Part shown: positions 44,167-54,476 of the stretch, one piece after another
Layout of the letters: every line of letters begins with the position of its first letter
Numbering within the stretch: the stretch's first letter is position 1
IMG/VR virus record: IMGVR_UViG_3300036845_000232
Span: 1 to 59,048 of that record
Length of the DNA: 59,048 bases
Direction: 5' to 3' (one strand)
From: a virus
Lineage: Duplodnaviria; Caudoviricetes
Program-made: the position numbers and the translations under genes
The notes under the pieces: model-generated
Databases searched by the model: none
What the model saw: the letters and a program-made list of their open reading frames with translations, nothing else
Told to the model about the DNA's origin: nothing

Positions 44167-46155
44167 ATGGGTGCGAGCGACTATTTTGTTGGCGCGGCCC
44201 CGCAGGGTGCGTCGTATGCTGCGCCGCTGATCGGCTTCCAGCTCGGCCAGGCGATCGGCAACCTGCCGAAGGATTACTTCGACGCGACGCAGCGCGCGCG
44301 CCAGCTCGCGATGCAGAATGCGTTCCCGAATGGCCTTCCGATGAAGGACGGCCGCGTCGACGTCAACGCGATGGCCAACACGGGCGCGAAGCTTGGCGGT
44401 TTAGAGTACGGCGAGAAGCTCCTGCCGTACCTGTACGGCGACCAGTCCGGCCAATCGATGCAGGACCTTGATTCGTGGGTCCGCGGCGGCGGCACAGGCG
44501 CGCCGGCCGGCGGGCCTGCGAATGCCAACATGGGTCCGGCAGCGACGCCATCGGCAGCCGGGCCGGCAAACCTTCGCATGGGACAGGGCGGCGGCGCGCC
44601 GCAGGCCCAGCCGCAAGCGCCTCAGCCTCAGCCTCAGCCTCAGCCTCAGCTTTCCTCCGCCGGTACCGACAACAACGGCTCCGACACCATTCGCTCGGTC
44701 GCCACCGAGGCCTTCGGCGGTCGCGACGTCTCGCCGATGATTCCGCGCTTTGCCGCCGCGCTCGGGGTTTCGTCCGATGCGCCGTTGACGGCCGAGCAGG
44801 TGACGCGGGCGCGCGCCATCATGGGGCGTACCGCGCAGGCCTCCGGCGGCGCACAGCAGCCGCAGGCGTCGGCGCCGAACCTTGCCGACACCACGGGCGG
44901 TGGCGCGCCGGTGACGGCGCTCGGAGGCGCCTCGGGCGCGCCGGCGCCGCAGGCCGCGCAGGCTCCGCAAGCACAGCCCCCGCAGGTGGCGGCGCCCAAG
45001 CCGGGCGAGGTCGGTGCCGCCGGTGTGCCGTTCAGCGAGTATCCGACCGCGATGGAGCGGCTGGCGCGCGCTTCCGCGCTCTCCAACGCCGCTGCGGCGC
45101 GCGCCGGGCGCTTCAACCCGCAGGCGGCGGCGGCGATGAGCAAGCAAGCCGAACTCTACGACACCCGCCGCAAGCAGATGTACGAGGAACTCGCCCAGCG
45201 CGGCCAACTCACACCCGAAGTTAAGAACGCCCTAGCTTCAGGCAGCGGCAGCCCGCTTGATTACGAGAACAAGAAGGCGCGTGGCTCTGCAGAGGCCAAA
45301 AATACCGAACTCACTACCGAACAGAAGAACGCAGGCGTGGCGGGCGCGCCATTTGCGCCGGCGGGCGGAAATGCGAGCGTAAATCCGGTGCTGGATTTCC
45401 AGCGAAAACAGGAAGAGCAAAAGAGCGATATCGCACGCGGCGAGAAGCAGCTCGGCGGCATCCAGGCGCAGGCCTCGCAATACGAGCGCGACCTTAAGCC
45501 CTATCTCACGCTCTCGCGCTCGATCCTCAACGACCCGCAAATGTATACTGGCCTTGGTGCCGAGGCCACGCTCAACTGGGACAAGGTCAAGGCTTACTTC
45601 GGCGACAACAAGGCCGCCATGCTCAAGGAGGCGCTGTCGAAGGTCACGGCGACGTCGGTGCTTTCGCAGATCAATACCCAGCGCGATCAACTCCAAGAAG
45701 CCGGCGGCGCCTCGAGCCGGATTTTCTCAGCCCAGGTCGACCTCGTCGAGAAAGCAGCCCCGGCGCTCCAGAACACGCTCGGCGGCAACCGCTTCCTCGT
45801 CGAGGTTTCCGGCCGGATGGGCGAACTGTCCTCGCGCGTCGCCCAGATGGCCCGCGACTATAAGCAGGCCCATGGCCATCTCGACGTCGGCTTCGACAAT
45901 GAAATCGCCCGCTACATGGAGGCGAACCCGATCTTCAGCAAGAACGAGCTCGCCCACCCCGAGCTGATCGGCGCGCCGACCTCGCCATTCGACGACGTCA
46001 AGCGCACGGCCGCGTGGGCGCACAAAATGGGGCTCGGGCCCAACGATCCGATCCGGACCCCATCGGGCCGCTATATCCCGGTTTCCGCGCTCACGCCGCA
46101 GCGCGGGCAGGCCGCGCCAGCCGCACCGCAGGCCGCGCCGGCACAGGGCGGGTAG
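44167..46155 (+). CDS. Ejection/internal virion protein (gp20 position)
   Basis: 662 aa, Ala/Gln/Gly-rich. Confidence 0.7.
   Translation: MGASDYFVGAAPQGASYAAPLIGFQLGQAIGNLPKDYFDATQRARQLAMQNAFPNGLPMKDGRVDVNAMANTGAKLGGLEYGEKLLPYLYGDQSGQSMQDLDSWVRGGGTGAPAGGPANANMGPAATPSAAGPANLRMGQGGGAPQAQPQAPQPQPQPQPQLSSAGTDNNGSDTIRSVATEAFGGRDVSPMIPRFAAALGVSSDAPLTAEQVTRARAIMGRTAQASGGAQQPQASAPNLADTTGGGAPVTALGGASGAPAPQAAQAPQAQPPQVAAPKPGEVGAAGVPFSEYPTAMERLARASALSNAAAARAGRFNPQAAAAMSKQAELYDTRRKQMYEELAQRGQLTPEVKNALASGSGSPLDYENKKARGSAEAKNTELTTEQKNAGVAGAPFAPAGGNASVNPVLDFQRKQEEQKSDIARGEKQLGGIQAQASQYERDLKPYLTLSRSILNDPQMYTGLGAEATLNWDKVKAYFGDNKAAMLKEALSKVTATSVLSQINTQRDQLQEAGGASSRIFSAQVDLVEKAAPALQNTLGGNRFLVEVSGRMGELSSRVAQMARDYKQAHGHLDVGFDNEIARYMEANPIFSKNELAHPELIGAPTSPFDDVKRTAAWAHKMGLGPNDPIRTPSGRYIPVSALTPQRGQAAPAAPQAAPAQGG
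44620..44649 (+). repeat. (CCTCAG)5 in-frame microsatellite
   Basis: Encodes PQPQPQPQPQ. Confidence 0.9.
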
Positions 46156-46158
46156 GGC

Positions 46159-48390
46159 ATGACGCCCGATTTGCAGCCGACCGGTCCGAGTGGCATTCCC
46201 ACCATCACGGTCCGGCCGCGTGCCAACACGTCGGCACCGCAGGCGCAGCCAGAGGGCTCGCTTGACAGCCTGCCGGAATGGCAGCCGCAACAGCAGGCGC
46301 AGCCGCAGGCCGCTCCGGGGCCGCCGGCGCCGGGCGTTGCGGCGGCCCCCGCACAATCTCTCGACGCGCTCCCGGAGTGGCAGCCCGCGGCCGAATCGGC
46401 CGAGCCTGGCCGCGAGATCGGAACCGGCGACGCAGCGCTCTCAGGCGCCCGGGACGCGCTTACCTTCGGGTTCCAGCCGGCGCTTGCCGGTGTTACCGAG
46501 GCCTCGAAAGCGGCGACCGGACCCGTTGAGACCGTTGCTGGAGGCGTCGGTAGCGCGCTCGATCTCGCCAACCCGCTTTCGTTGGTCTCACAAAAGCTTG
46601 GGCTGCCCTCCAACCATGACATCGTGCGGGGGGTGACCGGCCTCATTCATCACTATGGCTCGAGCGAGCAGGATCAGGCCGTCCAGGAGGCCTACCGGCG
46701 CGGCCGGGAGGCGGCACTACAGGATCAGCAGCTCGCGCGCGAGCAGCATCCGGCGGCGTATACGGCTGGCCTGGTGGGCGGCAGCCTGCTCACGCCCATT
46801 CCGGGCGTCGGCGGGGGCGGCAGCCTGCTCGCCAATGCGGCGCGGACGGGCGCGGCTGGCGTCGCCACCGGCGCGCTCCAAGGCGTCGGGGCTGGGGTGA
46901 GCGAGGGCCAGGCCTTGCCCGAGGTGGCAGCACGAGGGGCGCGGGGCGGGGCGGTCGGCGGGGTCGTCGGCGGGGCGGTCGGCGCCGTGTTGCCGCGAGC
47001 CATTGGTGCCATCACCCGCGGCCAGCGGGCGGCACGGACCGCGGAAGAGCTTGGCGCGCCGATCCCGCGCGGCCTCGCGTCTGATCGAGCCGCGATCAAC
47101 GCCGCGACGGCTTCCGCCCGCTCGGTCCCGCTGGTGGGCTCGCGGATCAGCTCGGCCGTCAATCGGACGCAAGAGGCCGCCGGTAACAGGGTCGAGGACA
47201 TCGCTTCCGGCATGACCGGCGGGGCGCTCGATCGCGCCGCCGCCGACACGCTGGTGAGGCCGGGACTACAGCAGGCGATCGAACGCAATCGACAGGCGAT
47301 CGATGCGCTTTATAACAACGCCCGTAGCCGGATCGACACTGCGGCGCGGTTCACCATGCCGCGCACCCGGGCGACGCTCGACGCGGTCGAGGCGGCGAGG
47401 CGCCAGGCCGGGCACGTCAATCCCGCGGAGGGGCTGCAGCAATTCCGCAACGTCGCGAACGGCGCGACCTTCAACGGCGCGCACCGCGCCCGGGTCGATG
47501 CCCGCGAGGCCGGCAACGGCCTGGTGCCGCATCCCGGCTATAACGCGGCCGACTACAACAGGCTGACGCGCGCCATGACGGCGGACCTTCGCGCCATCGT
47601 CCATGCGGCGGCGCATGGGACAGCGGCGGAGAAGGCCGCGGCGGTGCACGCCTTTGATGAAGCCGAACGCGCATTTGGCCCGCTCGCGGAGATGAACAGC
47701 CGGCTGAACCGGCTCGCCAATAGTCGCGGCGAGGGGGCGATGAGCAGCTTGCTCGGCGCCGCCCGCGAAAAGGGCGGCGATACGCGCCTGCTGGCGGAGC
47801 TTCGCGCGACCATGCCGCGCGCCGAATTCGAGCAGATCGGCGGCGTGCTCTTGCACGAGCTCGGACAGAACGCGGCGACGGGAGAATTCAGTCTCGCGAA
47901 GTTCGTCACCGAGTTCAGCAAGACGTCGCCTCGCGCCCGCGCGATCCTGTTTTCGCCCCAGCACCTTCAGGAGATCGAAAACATCTTCGAGATGGGGCAG
48001 CACATCAAGGGCGCGCTCCGGGAGTCGAACTCGTCGCATACCTCGAATGCCCTGATCCTGTTCGATCTGGCACGCGATGCCGTCTTGGTCGGCGGGGGCG
48101 TGGCAATGGGTGTCGTGAGCGGGGCCAGCGTGGCGACGGGCGGCGCCGCGGCGGCGCCCGCGGTCCTCTTCGCTCGCTGGCTAGCGAGCCCAGCGACGGC
48201 TACCTCGATGAGCCGGTGGTCGACGGCCTATCGCGCCATGACGCTCGGCCAGCCAACCCCGGCGCGGATCGCGGCGTTCAACATCGCGTCCCGCAACCTC
48301 GCGAACAATCTCGGGCTGCCGGTGGATAAGGTGCTGCAGGCCGCGCAGAACCGCCTCACAGCCCGCGCGGACGACGACACCGAAAAATAG
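46159..48390 (+). CDS. Large ejection/internal virion protein (gp16 position)
   Basis: 743 aa Ala/Gly-rich with glycine-zipper hydrophobic segments. Confidence 0.7.
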   Translation: MTPDLQPTGPSGIPTITVRPRANTSAPQAQPEGSLDSLPEWQPQQQAQPQAAPGPPAPGVAAAPAQSLDALPEWQPAAESAEPGREIGTGDAALSGARDALTFGFQPALAGVTEASKAATGPVETVAGGVGSALDLANPLSLVSQKLGLPSNHDIVRGVTGLIHHYGSSEQDQAVQEAYRRGREAALQDQQLAREQHPAAYTAGLVGGSLLTPIPGVGGGGSLLANAARTGAAGVATGALQGVGAGVSEGQALPEVAARGARGGAVGGVVGGAVGAVLPRAIGAITRGQRAARTAEELGAPIPRGLASDRAAINAATASARSVPLVGSRISSAVNRTQEAAGNRVEDIASGMTGGALDRAAADTLVRPGLQQAIERNRQAIDALYNNARSRIDTAARFTMPRTRATLDAVEAARRQAGHVNPAEGLQQFRNVANGATFNGAHRARVDAREAGNGLVPHPGYNAADYNRLTRAMTADLRAIVHAAAHGTAAEKAAAVHAFDEAERAFGPLAEMNSRLNRLANSRGEGAMSSLLGAAREKGGDTRLLAELRATMPRAEFEQIGGVLLHELGQNAATGEFSLAKFVTEFSKTSPRARAILFSPQHLQEIENIFEMGQHIKGALRESNSSHTSNALILFDLARDAVLVGGGVAMGVVSGASVATGGAAAAPAVLFARWLASPATATSMSRWSTAYRAMTLGQPTPARIAAFNIASRNLANNLGLPVDKVLQAAQNRLTARADDDTEK

Positions 48391-48475
48391 CATCCAGAAC
48401 TGCCACGGCCAGGCGAATAGCCATGCGGCCGCGAAATATGCGGTCCAGGCTGCATCCCATATCGGAAAACGATCA

Positions 48476-49516
48476 ATGAAACGCATGTCGCGCTTTCTGC
48501 TCGCGCTCGCGAGCCTAGCAGCACTGTGGCTGCCGGCAAGGGCGGCGGGGACTCTGCCCATAGCTTTGACGCAACAGTTCAAGTTCTCCGGCTGCTCCAA
48601 CACCTCGGCCGCCTGCGGCCAGCCGCTCAACGGGGGGCTGCTGTATTTCTTCCAAGCCGGCACGGTCGCGACCCGGCAGGACAGCTTCACCGATCCGAGT
48701 CTGACCACCACGAACCCGTGGCCGCTTCCGCTCGATGCCAATGGCCGCGTGCCGCCGTTCTACCTCGCCGACGGGTCCGTGCATGTCCGGCTGACCGACT
48801 CGGCCGGGTTGGTCCAGTTCGACTACCCATCGCTATTGGTGGTTGGGGCGAGCGGGGGTGGCGGGTCCGGCGCGGTGATCGACGTCACTACGATCGCGAG
48901 CGTCGGCGATACCAAGTTTCGTCAGGCTGCGGCGACGCTCTCCGGCTGGGTTCGGCTCAACGGGCTCACGATCGGCTCGGCGACGTCGGGCGCGAGCGAG
49001 CGCGCGAACGCGGATACTCAGGCGCTGTTCGTCTATCTCTACGGCATCTGCGACAATACCCATTGCCCAGTTTCAGGCGGCCGCACAGGTAACGCGCTCA
49101 ACGATTTCAATGCCAACAAGGCATTGACCGTGCCCGATTGGCGCGGGCGGGGCCCTTGGGGCCTCGACGACATGGGCAACGTTGCGGCTGGCACGTACAG
49201 CGGCGTGCCGTTCTCAGGCAGCGACACTGCGACCACGGCTGGCGGCCTTGCGGGTGAGAATGCTCACACGCTCACCACGGCCGAGATGCCGTCGCACAAT
49301 CACGGCGTTACCGATCCGGGGCATAGCCATACGATCAGCTCAACGGCGGGCACGTTCGGCGTCGTTACCGGCTCCGGGGGCGCATCCGCTAATCCGCCTT
49401 CTGTTCAGAGCACGAGCACGGCGACAACCGGCATCACCATCACCAATACCGGCGGTGGCGGCGCGCACAACAACATGGCGCGCATCGTGCTCGGCGTCTG
49501 GTTCATGAAACTATAG
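48476..49516 (+). CDS. Tail fibre/collar-domain protein with signal peptide
   Basis: PLNGGLLYFFQAGT..NPWPLPLDANGR head-binding-like region; PDWRGR, GENAHTLTTAEMPSHNH. Confidence 0.8.
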   Translation: MKRMSRFLLALASLAALWLPARAAGTLPIALTQQFKFSGCSNTSAACGQPLNGGLLYFFQAGTVATRQDSFTDPSLTTTNPWPLPLDANGRVPPFYLADGSVHVRLTDSAGLVQFDYPSLLVVGASGGGGSGAVIDVTTIASVGDTKFRQAAATLSGWVRLNGLTIGSATSGASERANADTQALFVYLYGICDNTHCPVSGGRTGNALNDFNANKALTVPDWRGRGPWGLDDMGNVAAGTYSGVPFSGSDTATTAGGLAGENAHTLTTAEMPSHNHGVTDPGHSHTISSTAGTFGVVTGSGGASANPPSVQSTSTATTGITITNTGGGGAHNNMARIVLGVWFMKL

Positions 49517-49606
49517 GCGCGCGTCGCGACGGATAGCGCGAACGAAAAGCCATGCCGTGACCGCGATGATCGCGAGAACGAGGCCTGCAGCGAGTAGTAA
49601 CGACAT
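49511..49606 (-). CDS. 31-aa single-TM peptide (antisense moron)
   Basis: MSLLLAAGLVLAIIAVTAWLFVRAIRRDARL; GGAGAG RBS; TTGCAG-17-TAGGGT. Confidence 0.6.
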   Translation of the reverse strand: MSLLLAAGLVLAIIAVTAWLFVRAIRRDARL

Positions 49607-49680
49607 AGGCGTCTCTCCGGCCATCCCGCAACCCTATCCGCCCCTTCTCCCTCCTGCAACCATCCCGAGAGCCTGTTGAA

Positions 49681-50349
49681 ATGTACGGTTGGCCCACCCG
49701 ACTAGAGCCGGTGAGCAACCGGGAGGACTTCGTCCTGCCGGTGTCGATCTTCGACGATGAGCTCAAACAGCCGATCAACCTCTCGGGCACCAACGGGACC
49801 GCCTTTACTGGCGCAAGCTGGACGGTGACCGACGGCGCGATCGTCACCGCCTCGGTGACCTCGATCGCGATCCCGGCTTTCCCAATCGGCAATCAGTTGT
49901 CCGCGCTGGCGCTCACCGTCGGCACCAATCTCGGCATTCTCGCCGGCGACCCGGTCTCGATCGTCGATCCGTCCGGGCAGAACACCATGCTGGGCTACGT
50001 CATCTCCTACGCGAAGGCGACCGGCGCGCTGGTGGCGCAAATCGGCATGAGCTTCACCTTCGAGATCAGGAAGCAGGGGCCGCATAGCCCGGGCTACGGC
50101 TATGGCGGCTATCCCGCCTTCTTCGACTTCGGCACCCCGAGCGGGAATGCGGCCGAACTCTCCGCATCGCTCGGCAACGGCATCCTCATCACCGAGCTTG
50201 GCTACCTCCAGATCACCATTCCGGAAGTCATGTTCAAGAAGCTGCGCTCCGGGACCTATCGGGCCTCCCTGGTCATGTCGGATTCGGTCAACACGCGGCA
50301 GCTGTTCGTCGCCGATCTGCCGGTCATCTATGGCGGGGTGACGTCGTGA
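49681..50349 (+). CDS. Tail-associated protein
   Basis: 222 aa beta-rich; SNREDF, LGNGI, GTY. Confidence 0.7.
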   Translation: MYGWPTRLEPVSNREDFVLPVSIFDDELKQPINLSGTNGTAFTGASWTVTDGAIVTASVTSIAIPAFPIGNQLSALALTVGTNLGILAGDPVSIVDPSGQNTMLGYVISYAKATGALVAQIGMSFTFEIRKQGPHSPGYGYGGYPAFFDFGTPSGNAAELSASLGNGILITELGYLQITIPEVMFKKLRSGTYRASLVMSDSVNTRQLFVADLPVIYGGVTS

Positions 50350-50885
50350 GCTTGCCGGCAGCCATCCGCGTCAACACGGCGTTTGCGTTTCCCGCTCTCG
50401 TGCAGGGATCGGGACTGGTCACGATCACCAAGGCCAATGGGATTTGGACGGTCGGGTTTTCGGTTGCGGGGCTCGGCATCATCTCGCCGCCCGCCAACGC
50501 GATCCCGACCGACTACGTGATCGCCTACGACGCGGTCGCGGGGACGTTCTTCAAGCTGCCGTTGAGCTTCCTGGTCAGCGCGACGCGCGTCCAGCGGCTG
50601 GTGACGGGCGCGGGTGGTCTGCCAATCATCGCCGGCGATTCGATCGTCAATCTAAACTGTAGCGCTCCGCTCGCGATCTCGGTGCCGCTCGCGGCATCGC
50701 GCGCTGGCGCGCCCCTCACCTTCAAGGACGTCGGCGGGCAGGCATTCGCCAACAACATCACGCTCAATCGCACGGGCGCCGACACCTTCGACGGGCTGAC
50801 CTCGGTTCAACTCACGCAAAACTATCAGGGCATCACGCTCGTGCCGGCGAACGACGGCACCACGGCAGGATGGTCGATCGAATGA
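50346..50885 (+). CDS. Tail fibre adaptor-like protein
   Basis: TFKDVGGQAFANNITL..GADTFDG. Confidence 0.7.
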   Translation: MSLPAAIRVNTAFAFPALVQGSGLVTITKANGIWTVGFSVAGLGIISPPANAIPTDYVIAYDAVAGTFFKLPLSFLVSATRVQRLVTGAGGLPIIAGDSIVNLNCSAPLAISVPLAASRAGAPLTFKDVGGQAFANNITLNRTGADTFDGLTSVQLTQNYQGITLVPANDGTTAGWSIE

Positions 50886-52954
50886 GACGAGCACTCCAGT
50901 TTCTTGCCCTTTGGGCCGCCCTCCTGGGCGGCCTTTTTGTTGGCGACGCGCATGCCCAGACCTTTCCGGGCCAGCTCCAGGCCAACAAGCTCTTGGGCAA
51001 CTGCACCGGCTCGCAGGCCCTCACAACCGCATGCGCTCTTGGGCTCGGCCTCAACAACCTCAATTCCGGAGCGCTCAATGTCGAGCCGGGCTATGCGCGG
51101 CTCTGGCCAGCGCCGGGCCAATCGACGACGCCGACGGCGGCGTGGAGGGCCGTCGACCCGTGGGGCCGACCGATCAACTGCGCAGGCACCAATTCGCAGT
51201 GCCTCAACGAATTCAACGCCGCCGTCTACGCCAATGGCTGGCCGGCGCGCGTGTTCTGCCAGGGGTCGCAGTTTCCCGGCGGGGCCGAGCCGATCTACAT
51301 CAATTCGACGGTCACCATCGTCTTCCCGGTCGGCCAGGACATGGACTACGAGGTCGACGCGACCTGCAATTTCAACATTCAGATCACCGGCGCCGCCTCG
51401 GGTGTCACGATCGACAGCCAGGGCGCGAGCAAGCTCTGGCTCGACGGCAAGATCGTCTACCAGCCGAGCGCGCCGAACGGAAACACGACGACAAACCCGT
51501 CGTGTGCGGTTCTGGTCAATCCGACCACGAATACGGCGGACGGCTTTGCCGGCCTCTATGCCGGCCGCCTGCGGATCAAGGCGCCGGTGGTGGCGCCGCA
51601 GGTGCAGCAAGCCATCACCGGGGCGGCCAACAACGGCGGCGGTCTCATCCGCCTCACGGTGGCGTCGACCTCAGGATGGGCAACCAACGACACCAAGACG
51701 GTCACGTCCATACTTGGCACCACGGAAGCAAACGGAACGTGGCTGATCACCGTCGTCGACTCGACCCATATCGACCTGCAGAACTCGACATTCGCCCACG
51801 CCTATATGTCGGGCGGGTCGGTCTATGGTGTTGCGACCGGAGCGGTGTGCTTCAACACCGCGACCGGCAGCACCATCCAGATGCATGCGATCGAATTGGG
51901 CGAGCTCAACGCCAGCAATATCCTGACGGGCGGCTTCGCGTTCTTCGGCAATCTGGTCTATGGCGCCGGGCTCACCACCGGCTTCATGCAGAACATCGTC
52001 ACGACCGGCCAAGTGCACGGTGCGGTGCAGAAGGGGACGGCGGTCGGATTCACCGGCGACCCCCATCAGGTGAACTACAACGGCAATCAGTGGCAGATCA
52101 ACAACTGCCAGATGGCGATCGTCGCCGGCTCCGCGGTCTCGCGCTGTCTCGACAGCTTCGCATCGAGCGACAGCTACCAGCTCGGCCCGATGAACAACGC
52201 CCAAGGCGGGCTCACCAGCGGTGTCGTGCTCGAATCGGGCGGATCGTTCAATACGGTCAATTATGCCAGCATCACCGGGGCGACCAGCGTAAACGTCATC
52301 GATAGCGGCACCTGCAACAGCTACTCCGGTCCGCAGGGCAGCCAAGTCTCCTACATCAGCGCGACGGGATCCTGCACCAAATTCCTGCCGCAGAACGCGG
52401 CCACCGGAAACCTCGAAGCAGCGTTCCTCGGTTTCCAGACGGGGCGCTACATCACTGGCCGCGCCTACGAGGCTGGAAGCTCGACCACGCTCTCGGCATC
52501 CGCAAACGTTCTTTATGCGCAGCCGCTCATCATGGACGGCTCGGCGACATGGACCTCGCTCTCGATCGGCGTGCAGGCGACCGGGACGGCGACCGCTTGC
52601 AGGCTCGGCATCTTCAATTCCAGCAACGGCGTTCCGACGACGCTTCTGCTTGATGCCGGAACGGTTGCAGTCACCGGCACCGGAACGCAGTCGGCGACGA
52701 TCAGCCAAGCGCTTCCGGTCGGCTGGTACTTTGGTGTCGTGGTGTGCAACGGCACGGTGACGCTCTACGGATCGTCGCCCGGCAACAACCAGGTCTCGTC
52801 CTATCACGAGGCGATCGGCACGGCCGCGATCGGCGGCGGCATCGACGCGCAGCAGAGCAAAGCCTTCACCTACGGCGTTCTTTCGGGCGCGAGCCCGTGG
52901 GGCACGTCGACGTTCACTGCCGCGACCGTTCCGACGATCGCGCTCAAGATGTGA
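50882..52954 (+). CDS. Tail spike / receptor-binding protein with signal peptide
   Basis: MRR-hydrophobic-AHA/Q; G/T/S/N-rich; C-terminal RLGIFNSSNGVPTTLLLDAG. Confidence 0.7.
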   Translation: MRRALQFLALWAALLGGLFVGDAHAQTFPGQLQANKLLGNCTGSQALTTACALGLGLNNLNSGALNVEPGYARLWPAPGQSTTPTAAWRAVDPWGRPINCAGTNSQCLNEFNAAVYANGWPARVFCQGSQFPGGAEPIYINSTVTIVFPVGQDMDYEVDATCNFNIQITGAASGVTIDSQGASKLWLDGKIVYQPSAPNGNTTTNPSCAVLVNPTTNTADGFAGLYAGRLRIKAPVVAPQVQQAITGAANNGGGLIRLTVASTSGWATNDTKTVTSILGTTEANGTWLITVVDSTHIDLQNSTFAHAYMSGGSVYGVATGAVCFNTATGSTIQMHAIELGELNASNILTGGFAFFGNLVYGAGLTTGFMQNIVTTGQVHGAVQKGTAVGFTGDPHQVNYNGNQWQINNCQMAIVAGSAVSRCLDSFASSDSYQLGPMNNAQGGLTSGVVLESGGSFNTVNYASITGATSVNVIDSGTCNSYSGPQGSQVSYISATGSCTKFLPQNAATGNLEAAFLGFQTGRYITGRAYEAGSSTTLSASANVLYAQPLIMDGSATWTSLSIGVQATGTATACRLGIFNSSNGVPTTLLLDAGTVAVTGTGTQSATISQALPVGWYFGVVVCNGTVTLYGSSPGNNQVSSYHEAIGTAAIGGGIDAQQSKAFTYGVLSGASPWGTSTFTAATVPTIALKM

Positions 52955-52963
52955 GGTGCCGAC

Positions 52964-53272
52964 ATGCGCACTACTGCAGCCATCTTGGCAGTCTTTCTTC
53001 TCACCATTGGCCCGGCGCGATCGGCATCGCCAGATTGCCCGATGGTCGCGAAATACAGCGAGATCGCGGGACGGGCGGTCACGGATATCGGCGCCTACAC
53101 CGCAATGGAACGCGACTTCGTCGCGATCAACGCCGCCCACTGGAAGCAGATGCGGCTGCCGCCGAGCCTCGCCATCCCGGTGACCGCAGACAACCTCTCC
53201 GCCAAGGCGGCTGATTTGCAGAAGGTCGCCAAGGCGCGGATCGACAACCTGCGCGCTGCCGGCTGCCAGTAG
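52964..53272 (+). CDS. Small secreted protein
   Basis: Signal peptide; two Cys at the termini. Confidence 0.65.
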   Translation: MRTTAAILAVFLLTIGPARSASPDCPMVAKYSEIAGRAVTDIGAYTAMERDFVAINAAHWKQMRLPPSLAIPVTADNLSAKAADLQKVAKARIDNLRAAGCQ

Positions 53273-53279
53273 GCGACCC

Positions 53280-54071
53280 ATGCTCACCTTCACCGCCCCC
53301 GCGATCGACATCCCGCGGCTGCCGCAGGCCGTCCTCGACTTCATCACCAACGAGGAAACCGGCGGTAAGGCCTACTACGAAAAGACCGAGATGCATCCCG
53401 ACTGGCCGGGCGGCGCCTCCGGGGTGACGATCGGCGACGGCTTCGACTGCGGCTATTCCGCCGCGGACACCATCCGCCGGGTATGGGGACCGCATCTCGG
53501 GCCGTCGGCGGTCGAAGCCCTTGCGGCGGTCGCTGGCATTAAAGGCAGGCCTGCCGCCTCGCACGCGGCCGAACTCCACTGGATCACGGTGTCCTGGGAT
53601 GCGGCGATCGCCGTGTTCACCGAGGTCGACGTCCCGGAGTGGACCGGCCACGTGGTCGCCGACCTGCCGAATAGCAGCCTGCTCTCCGGGGTGAGCTTGG
53701 GCGCACTGGTCTCTCTCGCCTTCAACCGCGGGCGATCATGGAACATCTCGGCCGAGAACGATCCGGCAGGCCGCTACGCCGAAATGCGCGCCATCAAGGC
53801 GCACATGGCGAGCCAGAACTTCTCCCGCATCCCCGGGGAAATCCTCGCCATGCGGCGGCTATGGCCGGAGGGCGGGGACCTGTGGCGAAGGCGGGGGCAT
53901 GAGGCGGCGCTGTTCACGCAGGGGCTGGGTGCGCCAGTCGCGGTCCCGCAGCCTGCCGCGCCCGCTCCGGCTCCGTCCGCCGCAGCTGCTCCGCACGCTG
54001 CCCCAGCGCCGCGGCCCGCTGCCGCTGCGCGCCCGCGCGTTCTCCCCGACCGCAACGCCACCGAGGCCTGA
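53280..54071 (+). CDS. Endolysin (lysozyme-like, pesticin/GH24-related)
   Basis: EETGG..YY, WPGGASGVTIGDGFDCG, ALVSLAFNRG, LWRRRGHEAALF. Confidence 0.85.
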   Translation: MLTFTAPAIDIPRLPQAVLDFITNEETGGKAYYEKTEMHPDWPGGASGVTIGDGFDCGYSAADTIRRVWGPHLGPSAVEALAAVAGIKGRPAASHAAELHWITVSWDAAIAVFTEVDVPEWTGHVVADLPNSSLLSGVSLGALVSLAFNRGRSWNISAENDPAGRYAEMRAIKAHMASQNFSRIPGEILAMRRLWPEGGDLWRRRGHEAALFTQGLGAPVAVPQPAAPAPAPSAAAAPHAAPAPRPAAAARPRVLPDRNATEA

Positions 54072-54074
54072 CCC

Positions 54075-54461
54075 ATGCGCCGTCTGCCGATTGCCGCGCT
54101 GGCCCTTGTCCTCGCGGTGCCGGCGCTCGCCCGCGATCTCGGCCAGTGGGGCAACGAGGCCTCAGTCGTTCGCGATTGGTACGCGCATCTCATGATGCCG
54201 GATCACCCTGCGGCCTCCTGCTGCGGCGAGGCAGATGCGTATTGGGCGGATGAATTCGAGGTCGAGGGCGATCACTACGTCGCCGTCATCACCGATACCC
54301 GCGACGACGCGCCGTTGAAGCGGCCGCACATCGACCCCGGCACCCGCATCGCGGTGCCGAACCACAAGCTCAAATATTCAGACGGCAACCCCACCGGCCA
54401 TGGCGTGATCTTCGTCGGTCACGGCACGGTCTACTGCTTCGTCACGCCAGCTGGCGGCTGA
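54075..54461 (+). CDS. Secreted Cys-containing protein
   Basis: Signal peptide ALA; SCCGEADAYWAD, GNPTGHGVIF, YCFV. Confidence 0.75.
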   Translation: MRRLPIAALALVLAVPALARDLGQWGNEASVVRDWYAHLMMPDHPAASCCGEADAYWADEFEVEGDHYVAVITDTRDDAPLKRPHIDPGTRIAVPNHKLKYSDGNPTGHGVIFVGHGTVYCFVTPAGG

Positions 54462-54476
54462 CTTCGGAGACCGGCA

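Noticed and set aside
44620-44649. Phase-variable switch at (CCTCAG)5
   Set aside because: The hexamer unit keeps the frame and only changes a PQ linker length
50882-52954. Diversity-generating retroelement targeting tail genes
   Set aside because: No reverse transcriptase and no TR/VR pair differing at adenines were seen
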